Source of the DNA: Lytechinus pictus
Taxonomy: Eukaryota
DNA: 64,000 nt
NCBI RefSeq assembly: GCF_037042905.1
Contig: NC_087250.1
Span: 6,822,001-6,886,000 of the forward strand
Direction of reading: 5' to 3'
How positions within the stretch are numbered: position 1 is the first letter of the stretch; every line of letters starts with the position of its first letter. The notes below the pieces were generated by a model. It did no database searches. It saw only the letters and a program-made list of their open reading frames with translations, and was not told where the DNA came from. Position numbers and translations under genes: made by a program. This document shows positions 25,824-37,698 of this stretch, one piece after another.

Positions 25824-26025
25824 GCGAAATTATTTTTCCCACCGAGTTCTGGACCAACATATGAATATTCATGACTTGCGTCTTCGGATTAAGAGTACGC
25901 ATGCGCGTGGACCAGTGCCTCGACCAGTGCCGGTCGTAAGCATTAACGTTCAGTTGCTCAGAATGAATTAGCATCGTCAAATTACCGGTACCCTTACATA
26001 GTTACATAGGCCTTACAGGCTTAGA

Positions 26026-26064
<39 letters not shown>

Positions 26065-28223
26065 AATTCTTGAACACTTATCAAACTAGCTGCCATGTGC
26101 TAGGCTAGGGCTCGCTTAGGCTAGCGCATTGAGAAGCCAAATTAATAATTATTTGTAATGTAAAAATGCAATGAAAAAGACGTATGTCCCCTCTTTTGAA
26201 CGTAGAGATCTTTTTTTTTTTTTTCGGGGGGGGGGGGGGCTTGTCACATTTTTTCGCGGACGAAATATCCTCCAAAAATTTGCCCCGCTTTTGGAAAATC
26301 CTAGGTACGCCAGTGCATCAGTGGCGTAGCTACGGGGGGGGGAGCTGGGGGGCACGTGCCCCCCCCCCCCCCCCGAGATTTGGTGTGCCCCCAGGTGCCC
26401 CCCCCCCCAGAAAAAAAATTGGCAGAGCAAAAAAAAAAGGGGGGAGGAAGAAAAAAAGAAAAAGGAAAAAGAAGAATAAAGACAGAAGAAAAAAAAAAAA
26501 AGAGGAAAATAAGCCTCGGGGGAAGGCGAGTGAATGAAATAATGTGAGGGGAAGACTTGAAATAAAAATCTTTCATGTTACTATATAAAATTTTGGCTTG
26601 CGCTTCGCGCCAGAATTGCCTGTTCGATGAGATTCATATCTTGCTCAATAGGCTGATATGGAGCAAGTTTTGAAGTCAATATACAAAACATATTTTAGCT
26701 CTGTAAAATATCCGTTTTATGGTCTACATATCAGCATTTTAAGCTCACGCTGCGTGGTCACATTGTTTGATTTGCCAAGTTCATAATGTCTACGTGTATT
26801 CCATAATGTTCCATTAAACGAATGTATTCAGAATGCCCAGATTCTAGGTCTAAATCTAAAACATGGGCGATAGCCTGCATGTTCTTTATTTTAAATGTAC
26901 TTAAATTATCCAGTTTCACATCAGAATATCAATAATTGTCTGCTCACGCTTCACGATCGCATTATTAATGATACCCAATTAATATATCCTATTTATGATT
27001 ACAAAAAATGAATAGAGTGTCCTGCTTTTAGGTCTAAAAACTCAATTTTCTTCCTCTCGCGCTTCGCGTTCGCATCAATTGTTTAGTTACATACCTATCC
27101 CATTTATTAATACAAAAAGTGCTTAGAATGACCATTTTTTAGGTCGGAATGTCAAAAATTGCTCGCGCTTCGCGCTCGCATTATTGAAATATATACCGTC
27201 TTCGTAAGTAACTGAAAGCAGTCCTTAACAGGTCCCTTTTCGATAAAGCTAGAACAGTTAATACAAATTTCTGCCCCTTGCTTGGCGTTTGCAGTAACCA
27301 TCTAGTTACATACGAATCTTGTTCAGGATCACACATACCATTGCCCATAATATTTTTTTGTTTAATCGCTCACGCTTCGCGCTCACACTTTTTATAAGAC
27401 TTATGAGATTGTTTCATGTTTATGTTGTTTTATAAGAATAAAACTAAGAAGTGACTGATCGGGGAAAATATAGGTGAAGATAATTTCGGGCCCCGTTCCC
27501 TATTGGCGAAAGTCCGATCCGCCCTTGTGACACATACGCACACACCGGAAAAAAATGACCGGTGCCCCCCCCCCCCCTTAAAAAGCGAAGACCCCCAGTG
27601 CCCCCCAGGAAAAAATCCTAGCTACGCCACTGCAGTGCATTGAACGTAATCTAACGTCACTACTTCAGTGATCTTGGTCCCCGTCTTCATCCCAAATTAA
27701 GGATTTCTTAGCTGAAAAAAAAATTGACAAGCAAAAAAAAAAAAGATCTTCTCGTTCAAAAGAGGGGACATAAGTCTTTTTTTTTTTTTTTGCATTTTGG
27801 CATTACAAATTATTAATTTGGCTTCTCAAAGGGGGGGGGAGCGCGTCCCCTGGATCAGTTGTAAATCGTCAGGGGGCAGTCTGCCCCCCCCCCCTCCTTG
27901 GTACACTAGTTGTTCCATGCTGATACAGCGTAGATCAGAGTCTAGATCTAGAGACTAGACTAGAACTAAGATATTTTTCTTTTTAGATCTAGGACTGGTT
28001 CTGTATACGGACTAGACATTAAACCATGGTAAATGAAATCAAACGTAAAGTTCGGAATTTACCAGTTCGAAGTTAACCATGACATTAGTCGGCTATTACT
28101 ATTAGTATTAGGCATTAGACAGGTCCAGATTTAAGGTAAAGTTAATGCGCTAGCCTAAGCTAGCCCTAGCCTAGCACATGTCTTGCCATTAATGGCAGCT
28201 AGTTTGATTAGTGTTTAAGAATT

Positions 28224-28262
<39 letters not shown>

Positions 28263-28450
28263 TCTAAGCCTATAAGGCCTACGTAAGGGTACCGGTAATT
28301 TGACGATGCTAATTCATTCTGAGCAACGTGAATTCTTACGACCGTCACTGGTCGAGGCAAAGTCCACGCGCATGCGTACTCTTAATCCGAAGACGCAAGT
28401 CATGAATATTCATATGTTGGTCCAGAACTCGGTGGGAAAAATAATTTCGC
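25824..28450. mobile_element. Mutator/MULE-like non-autonomous element with ~300-bp TIRs
   Basis: 25824-26130 is a near-identical reverse complement of 28145-28450; 9-bp TSD CCCCCGCCC (25815-25823, 28451-28459). Confidence 0.85.
26319..27632. mobile_element. hAT-type non-autonomous element
   Basis: TIR CAGTGGCGTAGCTA / TAGCTACGCCACTG; perfect 8-bp TSD CAGTGCAT (26311-26318, 27633-27640). Confidence 0.92.
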
Positions 28451-28884
28451 CCCCCGCCCCGCTACCGCGGCCCCTGCAATACATTGTGCTCACTCAACCA
28501 TGAACATTGATATCAAAATTGTGTGTGGAGTGGCTAAATGATGGATAGTAAAACAGCATAATACCATAAAATTCACCTAAAGACAACATTTGCCCAACTT
28601 TGTATTTGCACAATCTGAAAAACGACTCTTGTGACTTTCAAAAATGATCATTTTTAATTCAATCTTTAATTACTCATGCATGACTCAACCGATCAATCTT
28701 ATTTTTCCCCAGGAGTTGCTTAATGAGTGTAGAAAACCACCTACGGAATATCATATCTCAAAATAATTCTGTTCAAAAGTTACAGCAATTTGATTTAGGG
28801 GGGACTTACTTTTTTTGTTGTGTATATACAGGTCCACACCAATGCGAACGTAAGCAAGTATATAGTCATGAAAAAAGCATATGT

Positions 28885-29165
28885 CACTACATTGGTTGAT
28901 CTATAAAAGTTCTTGATAAACTTCATATGGCTGAAGGTGCGTTCATCCTTTGCAACACTTATTGGTGCTGTCATGAGAAGCAAGTAAGCATTCCAAGTGA
29001 GAGGAAGAATAGACTTCTTGACTTGTCAAATGACAAAATGGCTGCGTCAGCAACACTTTGCAGATCTCTTGCCACTGCCATGTCATGGAAGCATTCTAGT
29101 TCCACTTTCAATGCCTCGTGATCTACTTCTTTTGGAAAGAGTTTACAAATTAAATTCAACAACAT
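28885..29165 (-). pseudogene. hAT transposase C-terminal dimerisation-domain relic (frameshifted)
   Basis: Two overlapping minus-strand ORFs give LFPKEVDHEALKVELECF...LQSVADAA then LLMTAPISVAKDERTFSHMKFIKNFYRST, matching the hAT C-terminal P-x-S/T-x-A-x-x-ER-x-FS-x-x-K-x-IK-x-x-x-RST pattern. Confidence 0.8.
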
Positions 29166-29904
29166 CTGCCATCGTTGGAGTTGCTGGCGTTAGAGGCAAG
29201 AGCAAACGTGACATTGGCTTCACTTTGTCAAGTGTTGGCTGCATTTTCTCCTTGAATTGCAGTATTGACTGCATCCCCAACCTGCCCCCACTCCCACCCA
29301 TCCCCACCTCAAGCACATTCTGACACCATAAATAAAAAAATATATCTTCGGCGACAGAATTTATTAAAAATAACTTAGAACTTTTTTTTTCCCAACTGCA
29401 AACTTGTAGACAAGTCTACAAGTTGTATACTTGTCTTCATGAATTTGCCAACTGCAGAGTTACCAGTTTTTGTAAGTCTTTTGTTCTGTTCTTTTTAGAT
29501 CTGATACGGGGCAGTACTTGTACATCACTTTGCGTTTAGTGTTCTGCCACTTTAATAGGCCCACTTTATGATTTGCCAACTATACTTTGGCTTTTATTAT
29601 TCAACTTAAACCTTGGAAATTCATCCCATCCCATATTTCTTTACCTAGTCTTGCCTCTAATTTTACAAAACTAATGTGTTTGTTAAATCGTCAATAATTG
29701 TGGTATAATTTGCAAACTCACAAGCTTGTTTATATTGGGGGAGGACCAGGGGCTTACTTTGTGTGTTATTATAGCTCCATCTGTTTTGTCCTTTGTATTT
29801 TGCTGACTAGTAGGGCTCTAAGCCTGGCTACATAGACCTGGATTTGCCAACTGGTTGTCTTTACTCTATAAGTCGTAACCTTCTTCTAAGTTAGTACCCC
29901 TATT

Positions 29905-29931
29905 TTTCTTTCCTTTTTTTTTCTTTCTTTC

Positions 29932-29967
<36 letters not shown>

Positions 29968-29972
29968 TTTTT

Positions 29973-30036
<64 letters not shown>

Positions 30037-30070
30037 TATTTCCTTCCTTCCTTCTGCCTTTTTTTCTTTC
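29905..30070 (+). repeat. (TTTC)n / polypyrimidine microsatellite
   Basis: Directly visible. Confidence 0.95.
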
Positions 30071-30406
30071 TTCCCCTCTTTATTTTTCTCCCCTATCCAC
30101 CATTTTGCCAACTGGTACATGATTTTGCCGACTGCCATGAATATTGGGGGGGGGGGGGTGTCACATCCTCATACCCCCTCTAGCTACGGCCCTGAGTGTA
30201 CGTTGCTATTATTATCATGGATATCTTCATTAGCTTGCTAATTGGCTAAATGATAACATTAACGTTTGTTTGCCCAACAGCGTTACGCCGGGGTAAAATA
30301 TAAATTAATGTATGTCCATTGCAGACAAGCTCCAATATTACATGTGTACTTACCTGACGTGTTCTGTTTATTAACATATCACGCGTTACTTTGTATTTTC
30401 TTTCAG

Positions 30407-31974
30407 ATATATTCGGCAAGAAGATCTCAGAATCATTGACTGTGGGACAATGTCGTGAGAAGCTGAGACACAGGTACCTCGATAAATTGTGCAAAATTCA
30501 ACTGAGGCCCTGGGATAAATCAAATTACGCTGAGCTCAAAGATTTGCATACGGTCGTAACAATGATGAGAAAAGACTCGAGTGGAAAAAATACCAAAAAG
30601 AAAGAAGAATTGGAGGGCTCTGTTGATAAGATATTCTCTACCAAAGTAAACGGGAGACTGCCATCTCGAATCCTTATATCAGCTCCAGCTGGAGTAGGGA
30701 AGACAACAGCTGTTGCAAAGATAGCGTACGACTGGGCTCAAGAAAAAAAAGAATCGGCATTGGAGCAGTTGCCACTTCTTTTTGCTGTTAGATTTCGTAA
30801 CACAGGCCACATGACATCGATTGGGGAAGCCATCAAAGCTCAGCTTTTAAGCGACGTCCATGATCTCAAACCGGACGATATAGAGAGTTTTATCCGTGAA
30901 AATCAAGAGATCTGTCACATCATACTTGACGGACTGGATGAATATGCCGGTATTTCTTCACTGAACAATATTGTCAGCGTCATTCGATGTGACGAGTTTC
31001 CACAATGTCGCGTGCTTATAACAACACGCCCTCATCTAGAAAGCTACTTCAATCATGATGACCTTCCGAGGGTATACACTAAAATGTGGATCGAAGGATT
31101 TTCAATGGAGAGTTCCAGAGAGTACATCGATAGATTCTTCACACTGTCTTCGAGCGATGAAAAGAGGGATAAGCTGAAAGAATACCTCAACGACCAACCA
31201 CTCATCGATGAACTTGTAAAAACACCCCTCTTTTGTCTTATGATCTGTCACCTGTGGAGTGAAGATCAACTAGGAAGTGATGTCAGTACCCAAACAGATT
31301 TGTTTGACAGTGTAAATACATTTTTAATGCACCATGCAAATGCTCGCTCAGGTTTAACATTCACTCACAAAAACTTAAATGGGATCGTCAACGAAATTGG
31401 CAGAGTTGCGCTCTACGGTCTACTCGATGATGCCAAAAAACTAATCTTCACGCTCCGAGATTTCCGAAGAGTTCCTTGTATCCTCGATAAAGCATGCGAG
31501 ATCGGAATAGTATCAAAGACGACAGTGCCAATCACAAACCTTCCTCAGTCCGACGAGACCACTTCCACTCAAATTGAATTTTATCACAAATTAGCACAAG
31601 AACATTCGGCGGGTAAATTCATCGCCAGTGAAACATGGCGCATACTATTCCGGTTAAGAGTATCTAAGTTGGACCGAATATTGTGGAAGATTAATTCAAA
31701 CATCGGAGACTATGAGCAACTCATCCGATTTGCTGCTGGCACAGACAGGCACCTAGGAATACGAATAATGGAGGCACTCCTTGCAAACGAGCATTTGGAA
31801 GAGAACGAACGGTACCGCATTCTACTTGACTGTTCATCAGAGTCCAAGGATAGTGGAGGAAACATGTCTTCGTTGGTTCAAAGATGTGTCACTGCACAGA
31901 GTATGATTCTTAAGTCACCAACTATGTATACTGTCGTTGGGCTGCAAAATCTTCCCAAGCCACTGCAACGTGAG
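30407..31974 (+). CDS. NLR gene exon: NACHT NTPase with helical and winged-helix domains
   Basis: Walker A APAGVGKTT followed by KIAYDWA; Walker B IILDGLDEY; sensor-1 LITTRP; TPLFCLMIC; winged-helix EFYHKLAQE; acceptor TTTTCTTTCAG; donor GAG|GTATCT (phase 0). Confidence 0.95.
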
Positions 31975-32161
31975 GTATCTAAAGCCAAAATGTACATTCC
32001 TCTTTTCAACAAAGAAAAACAAATCTGAATGTCATTTAATTTCACATTTCCATTTCCATTAACTCTTTGTATGCTGAATATGATTTTGGGGGAATGAAAA
32101 TGAAATTGTTTCCATGTTATTTTCTTTAATTTAAAATTTTCATATTGCACCATTGATAGTT

Positions 32162-32697
32162 ATTATTATATCCTACATAAATTTAATCCTGTATGCTAAT
32201 TGGTTTAAATAGCATCATGTGATCAAGCATATTCTCACTTTTTTGCGATGATGTCGAAAATGAAACGCCCACCGAAGAAAAAGTGTTATTCCGTGACGTC
32301 AATGATGGAATAGTCGACTATTCCATAATTGACGTCACAGATCATGAAAGCGTAAGCACTAATACGCGTTCTGCGCACTAAGCGCGTAGCTAAGCGCTTC
32401 AGGAAAAGTAAGTCAGTCAGCGCAGCTGGTTTGATTCAGATTAAAAAAGGATGATCTAAGAGTACAAGAACTAGATTATCAAGATCTATTTCTATAACTT
32501 ATTAAAGTAGGATATAAAACAAATATACCAGGCCTTTATTTGGAAAGTATAGAGGGAATTATTTATCCTCGGTTGCTGGCATAATCACTATTTTTTCCAT
32601 TGGGGCTTCGCCCCTCGGGAAAAATAGTAATGCCAGTCCAACCTCGGATGAATAATTCCCGCTATACTTACTCAAAACATGGTATATTTGTATATTA
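32162..32697. mobile_element. Palindrome-rich non-autonomous element of uncertain class
   Basis: Inverted pair ATTATATCCTAC (~32162) / GTAGGATATAA (~32507); 46-bp palindrome at 32293-32338; ~175-bp imperfect hairpin at 32519-32691 centred on GGGGCTTCGCCCC. Confidence 0.6.
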
Positions 32698-32893
32698 TCA
32701 TATAGATATTATGCAATTATTAAAGAAGTATTGCCTTTTATTAGCTCATCTAATTTGAAAGTAGGGGAGAAAACTAATCATTGCGATTGTTGAATTTAAT
32801 TATACGAATGTGCAAGATTCCAGCATCAGGGCGCGCAGTGTTAATACTACCATGTTCATCATGTATGTTCTTCTCACTCTCCCCTGATACTAG

Positions 32894-33429
32894 GTAAAAA
32901 CAATGAGGTTCGTGGAGTCTGTGCTTACGGCTGACGTGGCCAGACGAATGTGGTCCTGTCTCAAATCATTTCCTAACTTACATACCATCAGCATCAGAGA
33001 CACTTCTGTAAGTGTTCCATCATTTCTTCCAGAGCTCCCATCAGTTACTCGTCTGTTAGCCAAGAGAATTACGCCTAGCTGTTACACAAGCGTACTCTTA
33101 TCTCTACCTCATGCAAGGGAGCTCGATGTATCCATCGTAATTGAAAATACGAGCAACACTTTCGAGATGAAAACCGATACTAACCGTATGAATCAAATTG
33201 TACATAGTCCACCCGATCTTCAAACTATCAAAGTGACACTTCAACAATGTGTGTCACAGTCAGTGGGTGAAGTCAATTTGGGATTGAAATCTGGAGGTCT
33301 TGCCCTTCTATTTGGAGAACAATCTCGGAATCAGCACCTACTATCTGTTTCTGGTGATATGGGCAGATACGGAGAAACCCTGGTTGACCTGTTTGTCAAG
33401 ACGACACAACTTACCTACTTGAATTCTCC
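32894..33429 (+). CDS. NLR gene exon: LRR cassette 1, large exon
   Basis: Acceptor ...CCCCTGATACTAG|, in frame with the NACHT exon; MWSCLKSFPNLHTISIRD...LPELPSVTRL aligns with the later LRR exons; donor CC|GTAAGT, phase 2. Confidence 0.88.
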
Positions 33430-34121
33430 GTAAGTACTTTTTCTCTCATTAACAAAACCAGATCAACTTCCTACCCCCCCCCCCCCCCTCACTGATCCAC
33501 ATTTTGGTGTTTAATTTAGATCGTAATTTACTCCATGATATGTAGCCAAGGTTTTGCAAGACAGTGAGGAAGCTTTGCTGGGTGTCATGGACTCTCATTA
33601 TATATATATCTTAATTTGCTTTGTTCAGTCATATATTCCTTCTCGTTTTTTTTGTTTTAAAAACAGGTATCTACATGTCTTTGAGAAAGTCGTTGTTTTA
33701 TCATTCCAATAAAATTATAAGAGCTAACATGCAAAAGGGACTAAATCCAGTTTTATCATTTGGCATTTTCTTGCATGTTTAAATGGGCATTCACCATGTG
33801 CATAAAACTGACCATAGTCCAACTCCGAAATTTTCAAGAATTTGATTAATCACGAACGTGAAATCTACGTTTTCATGCAAAAGGGACTAAATCTGACTTT
33901 GCTCAATCTTCATAAAAAGCTTTTTTTCACCTACATCAATGTTTCCTTTCAGATTTTTTTTTCTTAAAAATCATCAAGATACGTATAAAACATACCAGTT
34001 AAAAAATCCTGCAGACTGCTTTTATTTTATATGATTTTTTATATATTTTTTGATGAAAAGTCCTATATGGTAATAGGTCTACAGGAAGTTAAACATTAAT
34101 ATAACAATTCCAATCTCGGTG

Positions 34122-34390
34122 ACCCGACAAATGCTCCGACGACATCTGCTCTGCCGGCAATTGATCCGCCGATAATTGATCTGGACAATTGCTCCACCAA
34201 AAAGTTGCTCCGTTGACACTTGCTCCGTCGAAATTTGCTCCGTCGACATTTGCTCCGCCGATATTTGCTCTGGCGATATTTGCTCCGCCGAGATCTGCTC
34301 CGCCGAAAATTGCCCCGCCGACATCTGCTCCGATTATACGGCAATTGCTCCGTCAATATTTGCGCCGCCGAAAATGGCTCCGCCGTAAAT
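34122..34390 (+). repeat. 15-bp minisatellite (ATTTGCTCCGCCGAC-like)
   Basis: TGCTCCG recurs every 15 bp; this explains the repetitive spurious ORFs in this interval. Confidence 0.92.
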
Positions 34391-35060
34391 TGCTGATAAT
34401 GCGACAGCTGTTTATTTATTTATTCGTACTTTCATGCGCATAACAAATGCAGCACAGGCTGAATGCGTCAATTTACATATTTGTATATTACAATATATTG
34501 CAAAGTAAACTTAAACTATGCTTGCATGATATATAACATGACATACACATGGGCCGCGGAACGGTTTTCAAAGGGGGGGGGCTGCCAATGCTAAAAAAAC
34601 ACAATCATATGGTCATTTTTAAGTTTTTGGAAAAAAGGGCGGCTGAAGCCCCCAGTCCCCCCCCCCCCCGTTCCGCGGCCCCTTATACATAACATATAAA
34701 TAATTAGAAAAGAAGGGATGAGTACAAAGGAGGGATAGGTATTCTTAATTCTTATTAATGGGGGGAGGAGCACTTATGTAAGTTCTATTACGTGCCTGGT
34801 GATTAAAATATTTTAAAAAAACTTAGATATACACCACTCTTAGCGTCAAAATCGCTCTGGCGAACGGTACCCCGCCTCAGGGGGGAGAGGGGAACTGTTT
34901 GCAGTGTTCGTTTTAATCATGTGCATCGTTGCAAATAATAGCATTATCACTTGATGTGAAAGGGGTTGAAAGAACGCTCATTGGGGTTAGCTTCTTAGCG
35001 CACATGTCCTAGATATAACATTTTGACACGGCATGACCTATTTGTGGTTAACCAACTTAA

Positions 35061-35637
35061 AAGGATGGTCCAGGCTGAAAATATTTATATCTTAATACAT
35101 AGAGTAGAATTCACTGAGCAAAATGCCGAAAATCTCATCAAAATCGAATAACAATTAATGAAGTTATTGAAGTTTAAGGTATAGCAATATTTTGTGAACA
35201 CAGTCGTCGTGAATATTCATTAGGTGGGCTGATAATGTTACATCCCTTTTTCCGTTTTCTTATGTTATTACATAAAATAATTTTTTGTTTTCATTTTTTC
35301 ATACTTGTGTGAATAATATATCTCCCTTATAATGAAATAAGTTGCAGCAATAAATATCTAATGCACTTAATTAGTTGTCAATCCAATTTTTCTAGTTCTT
35401 GGAGGAAGAAATTCGAATAAACCTATTTTCATATAATAAAATACAAAAGAACAAGTGGGGATGTGACATATTCAGCCCACCTAATGAATATTTATGACTG
35501 TTTTCACAAAATATAGCTAAATTGTAAAATTCAATACATTTGTTATTTGTTATCCGATTTTGATGCAATTTTCGGTATTTTGCCGAGTGAATTCTACTCA
35601 CTATAAACTATGAATACTTTCAGCCCGGACCATCCCT
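35061..35637. mobile_element. Kolobok-like MITE
   Basis: TTAA flanks (35057-35060, 35638-35641); TIR A(A/G)GGATGGTCC(A/G)GGCTGAAA; extended imperfect inverted arms. Confidence 0.8.
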
Positions 35638-36203
35638 TTAAGGGGCAATGGAAGCGGTGGGGGGGGGGAGCTGGGGGCTGAAGCCCACCCCAACTTTTTT
35701 CCAAATCCGTGTACAAAAACGTAAAAATTACCATATGATTGTGATCTTTTACATGGCTAGCCCTCTTCCCTTTTGGCTAAAGCCCCACCCCATTCCCCTA
35801 CTTTGAAACCTGCTCAGCGGCTCCTGAACCTACGAACTTTTAGTTTCCCTAGATGTTAAATTCCCCCACCTCTCTTGATATCCGATATCCCCACTATACC
35901 AAATGCACATGGAGACAATGCAATATTGCTTGTCTTTATCGTGCTATATAATGAAGGGATTCCCGTTGTGTTTATATCTCATCACCAAAAGACAGGCATT
36001 GTAGTTTATCCTTAAGCTTTTTGGTTCGTTATTTGAATAATCATCAGATTCTTGGCCGCTTAAGGACGTTCCAGAGTTATGTTTGTGCGCATCATGATCT
36101 GCGCATATTTTACACTGACGTCACAATGGATGAACTGGTGATTAATCAGCTGTTTTAGGTAATGTGAGCTGATTTTCTCCTTATCTGCACTAACTGCAGA
36201 TCC

Positions 36204-36354
36204 GGGGACCGTTTCATCAACATTTTTGTCTGACAAGTTGTCAGATCTGACATCTTTCCTTGATTCTGAGAGGCACTGTTACTATAGTAACTGTCGGATA
36301 AAATGGGACTTGTCGGATAAAACGTCCGACAAGTACTTTCATGAAACGCTCCCC
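36204..36354. mobile_element. Short MITE (copy 2, same family as 6758-6898), nested in the Kolobok-like element
   Basis: GGGGACCGTTTCATCAA ... TTCATGAAACGCTCCCC. Confidence 0.7.
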
Positions 36355-37698
36355 TGGTGTGTTGTTTTATGAAGCTTATAAATTGGAATTATTCCATGGA
36401 CCATTTTTTTTATTCCTCTACAGTTTCAAAATAGATTGCTGCAAAGTATTTTGAATATGACCCCGAATTTGAATAAATGGAAAAGTTGTTCGGAATTTTC
36501 TTCACCTAAATAAAGCTTTTGACGCGTTTTCGGGTGTTTTAAGAACCAAATTTGCTCTAATGCGAGTGCTGATAGTTTGAAAACAAGCACATTAACCCAT
36601 TTTTTTATGCTTGCACTTCTTACACGTAGGTAAACCTTCCTATACAACTTTGCAAAGTTTGGTGAAAATGACATGGGCTTTGAATAAAGTGCATCATTTC
36701 TTTTACTTCTCAAGTATGTTATTGAAATTTGAAATTTTTGAGGTTGAGTATCTTTCCCGCAATTTGTAAGGACTGAGAGTGTTGTTAGACTTAAATGAGC
36801 AAACATTTGACAGCAATATAAATAGATTATCCATCTTACGGATACAATTATTAATCATACTGCAACATGTGATGAAATTTTCATGGATTTTGACTAAGTA
36901 ATAGAGCTTTAAACTCATTGTTGTGATCTCGTGAGTTCTAAAAAATGCCAAATTCTTTTGGATGCGCAATTCTTAATAACATCATCCATTTTGGGTTAAC
37001 TTTGAAGCTCTGTAGCCAAAAATCAAGCACATGGACCCATACTAATATTTATATATTTGGAATATTCAGGTGCTAAATGATATATGTGCAAATTATGATG
37101 AAAATGACATGGATTTGCAATATTTGGGAGCAAGACTACAGAACTATTCGCACTTTAGACGGTATTAACAGACTTTTGCTCGTTTTCGGCGCATATTGGG
37201 CTGTTTCAAGCCAACTCGCAATGGTTTGGACACTGATAATTTGAAAACAAGCACATGGACTCCATAGTTTAAATGTCTTGACTTCTTCAGAATATATTCC
37301 TGTATAAAATCTAGAGAGTATGATGAAAATTACATGGATTGTGAATGTTTTGGAGCAGGACTAACGAACATTCGTATTTTAGACCTTTTGGACGGTATTA
37401 GACTTTCACTCGTTTTAGGTGCATTCTAGACTAATTTAAGCCAACTTGCAACACTTTAAACACTGATAGTTTGATAACGAGGATATGGACCCCATGTTTT
37501 TTTTATTTTTTTATTTAAACATCATAAGAATATATTCCTCTGCAAATCTAGAGATTACGATGAAAATGACATGGATTTTGAATGGTTGGGAGCAGAACTG
37601 CGAAACCATTTGTATATTCGGCGCATTTGGGGGCTGTTTCAAGCCAGAGCGCAACAGTTTAGACACAGATAGTTTAAAAACGAGCACATGGACCCCAT

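Larger units (their letters stand above)
25682..28476. mobile_element. Small hAT-like MITE split by the MULE-like insertion
   Basis: Ends CAGGGGCCG / CGGCCCCTG; body resembles MITEs at ~34549-34683 and ~35640-35826; TSD only partial (CAATA). Confidence 0.6.
24107..28822. mobile_element. Tc1/mariner-type non-autonomous element (with nested inserts)
   Basis: TIR CACAACAAAAAAAGTAAG(C/T)CCCCC; TA TSD at 24105-24106 and 28823-28824. Confidence 0.85.
23007..30194. mobile_element. hAT-derived element (7.2 kb including nested insertions)
   Basis: TIR CAGGGCCGTAGC / GCTACGGCCCTG; perfect 8-bp TSD AGTGTACG (22999-23006, 30195-30202); contains a hAT transposase relic. Confidence 0.9.

Noticed and set aside
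26149..26576. Gly/Pro/Lys-rich ORFs (also 29866-30138, 34079-34443, 44077-44595, 56268-56534)
   Set aside because: They arise from homopolymer, microsatellite or minisatellite sequence.
25735..28503. Twin ORFs MTMLIHSEQ... on opposite strands as duplicated genes
   Set aside because: They are translations of the two TIRs of the MULE-like element.
30679..30705. Defective Walker A (Ala at the first position)
   Set aside because: [AG]xxxxGK[ST] allows Ala; GKT, Walker B and sensor 1 are intact.
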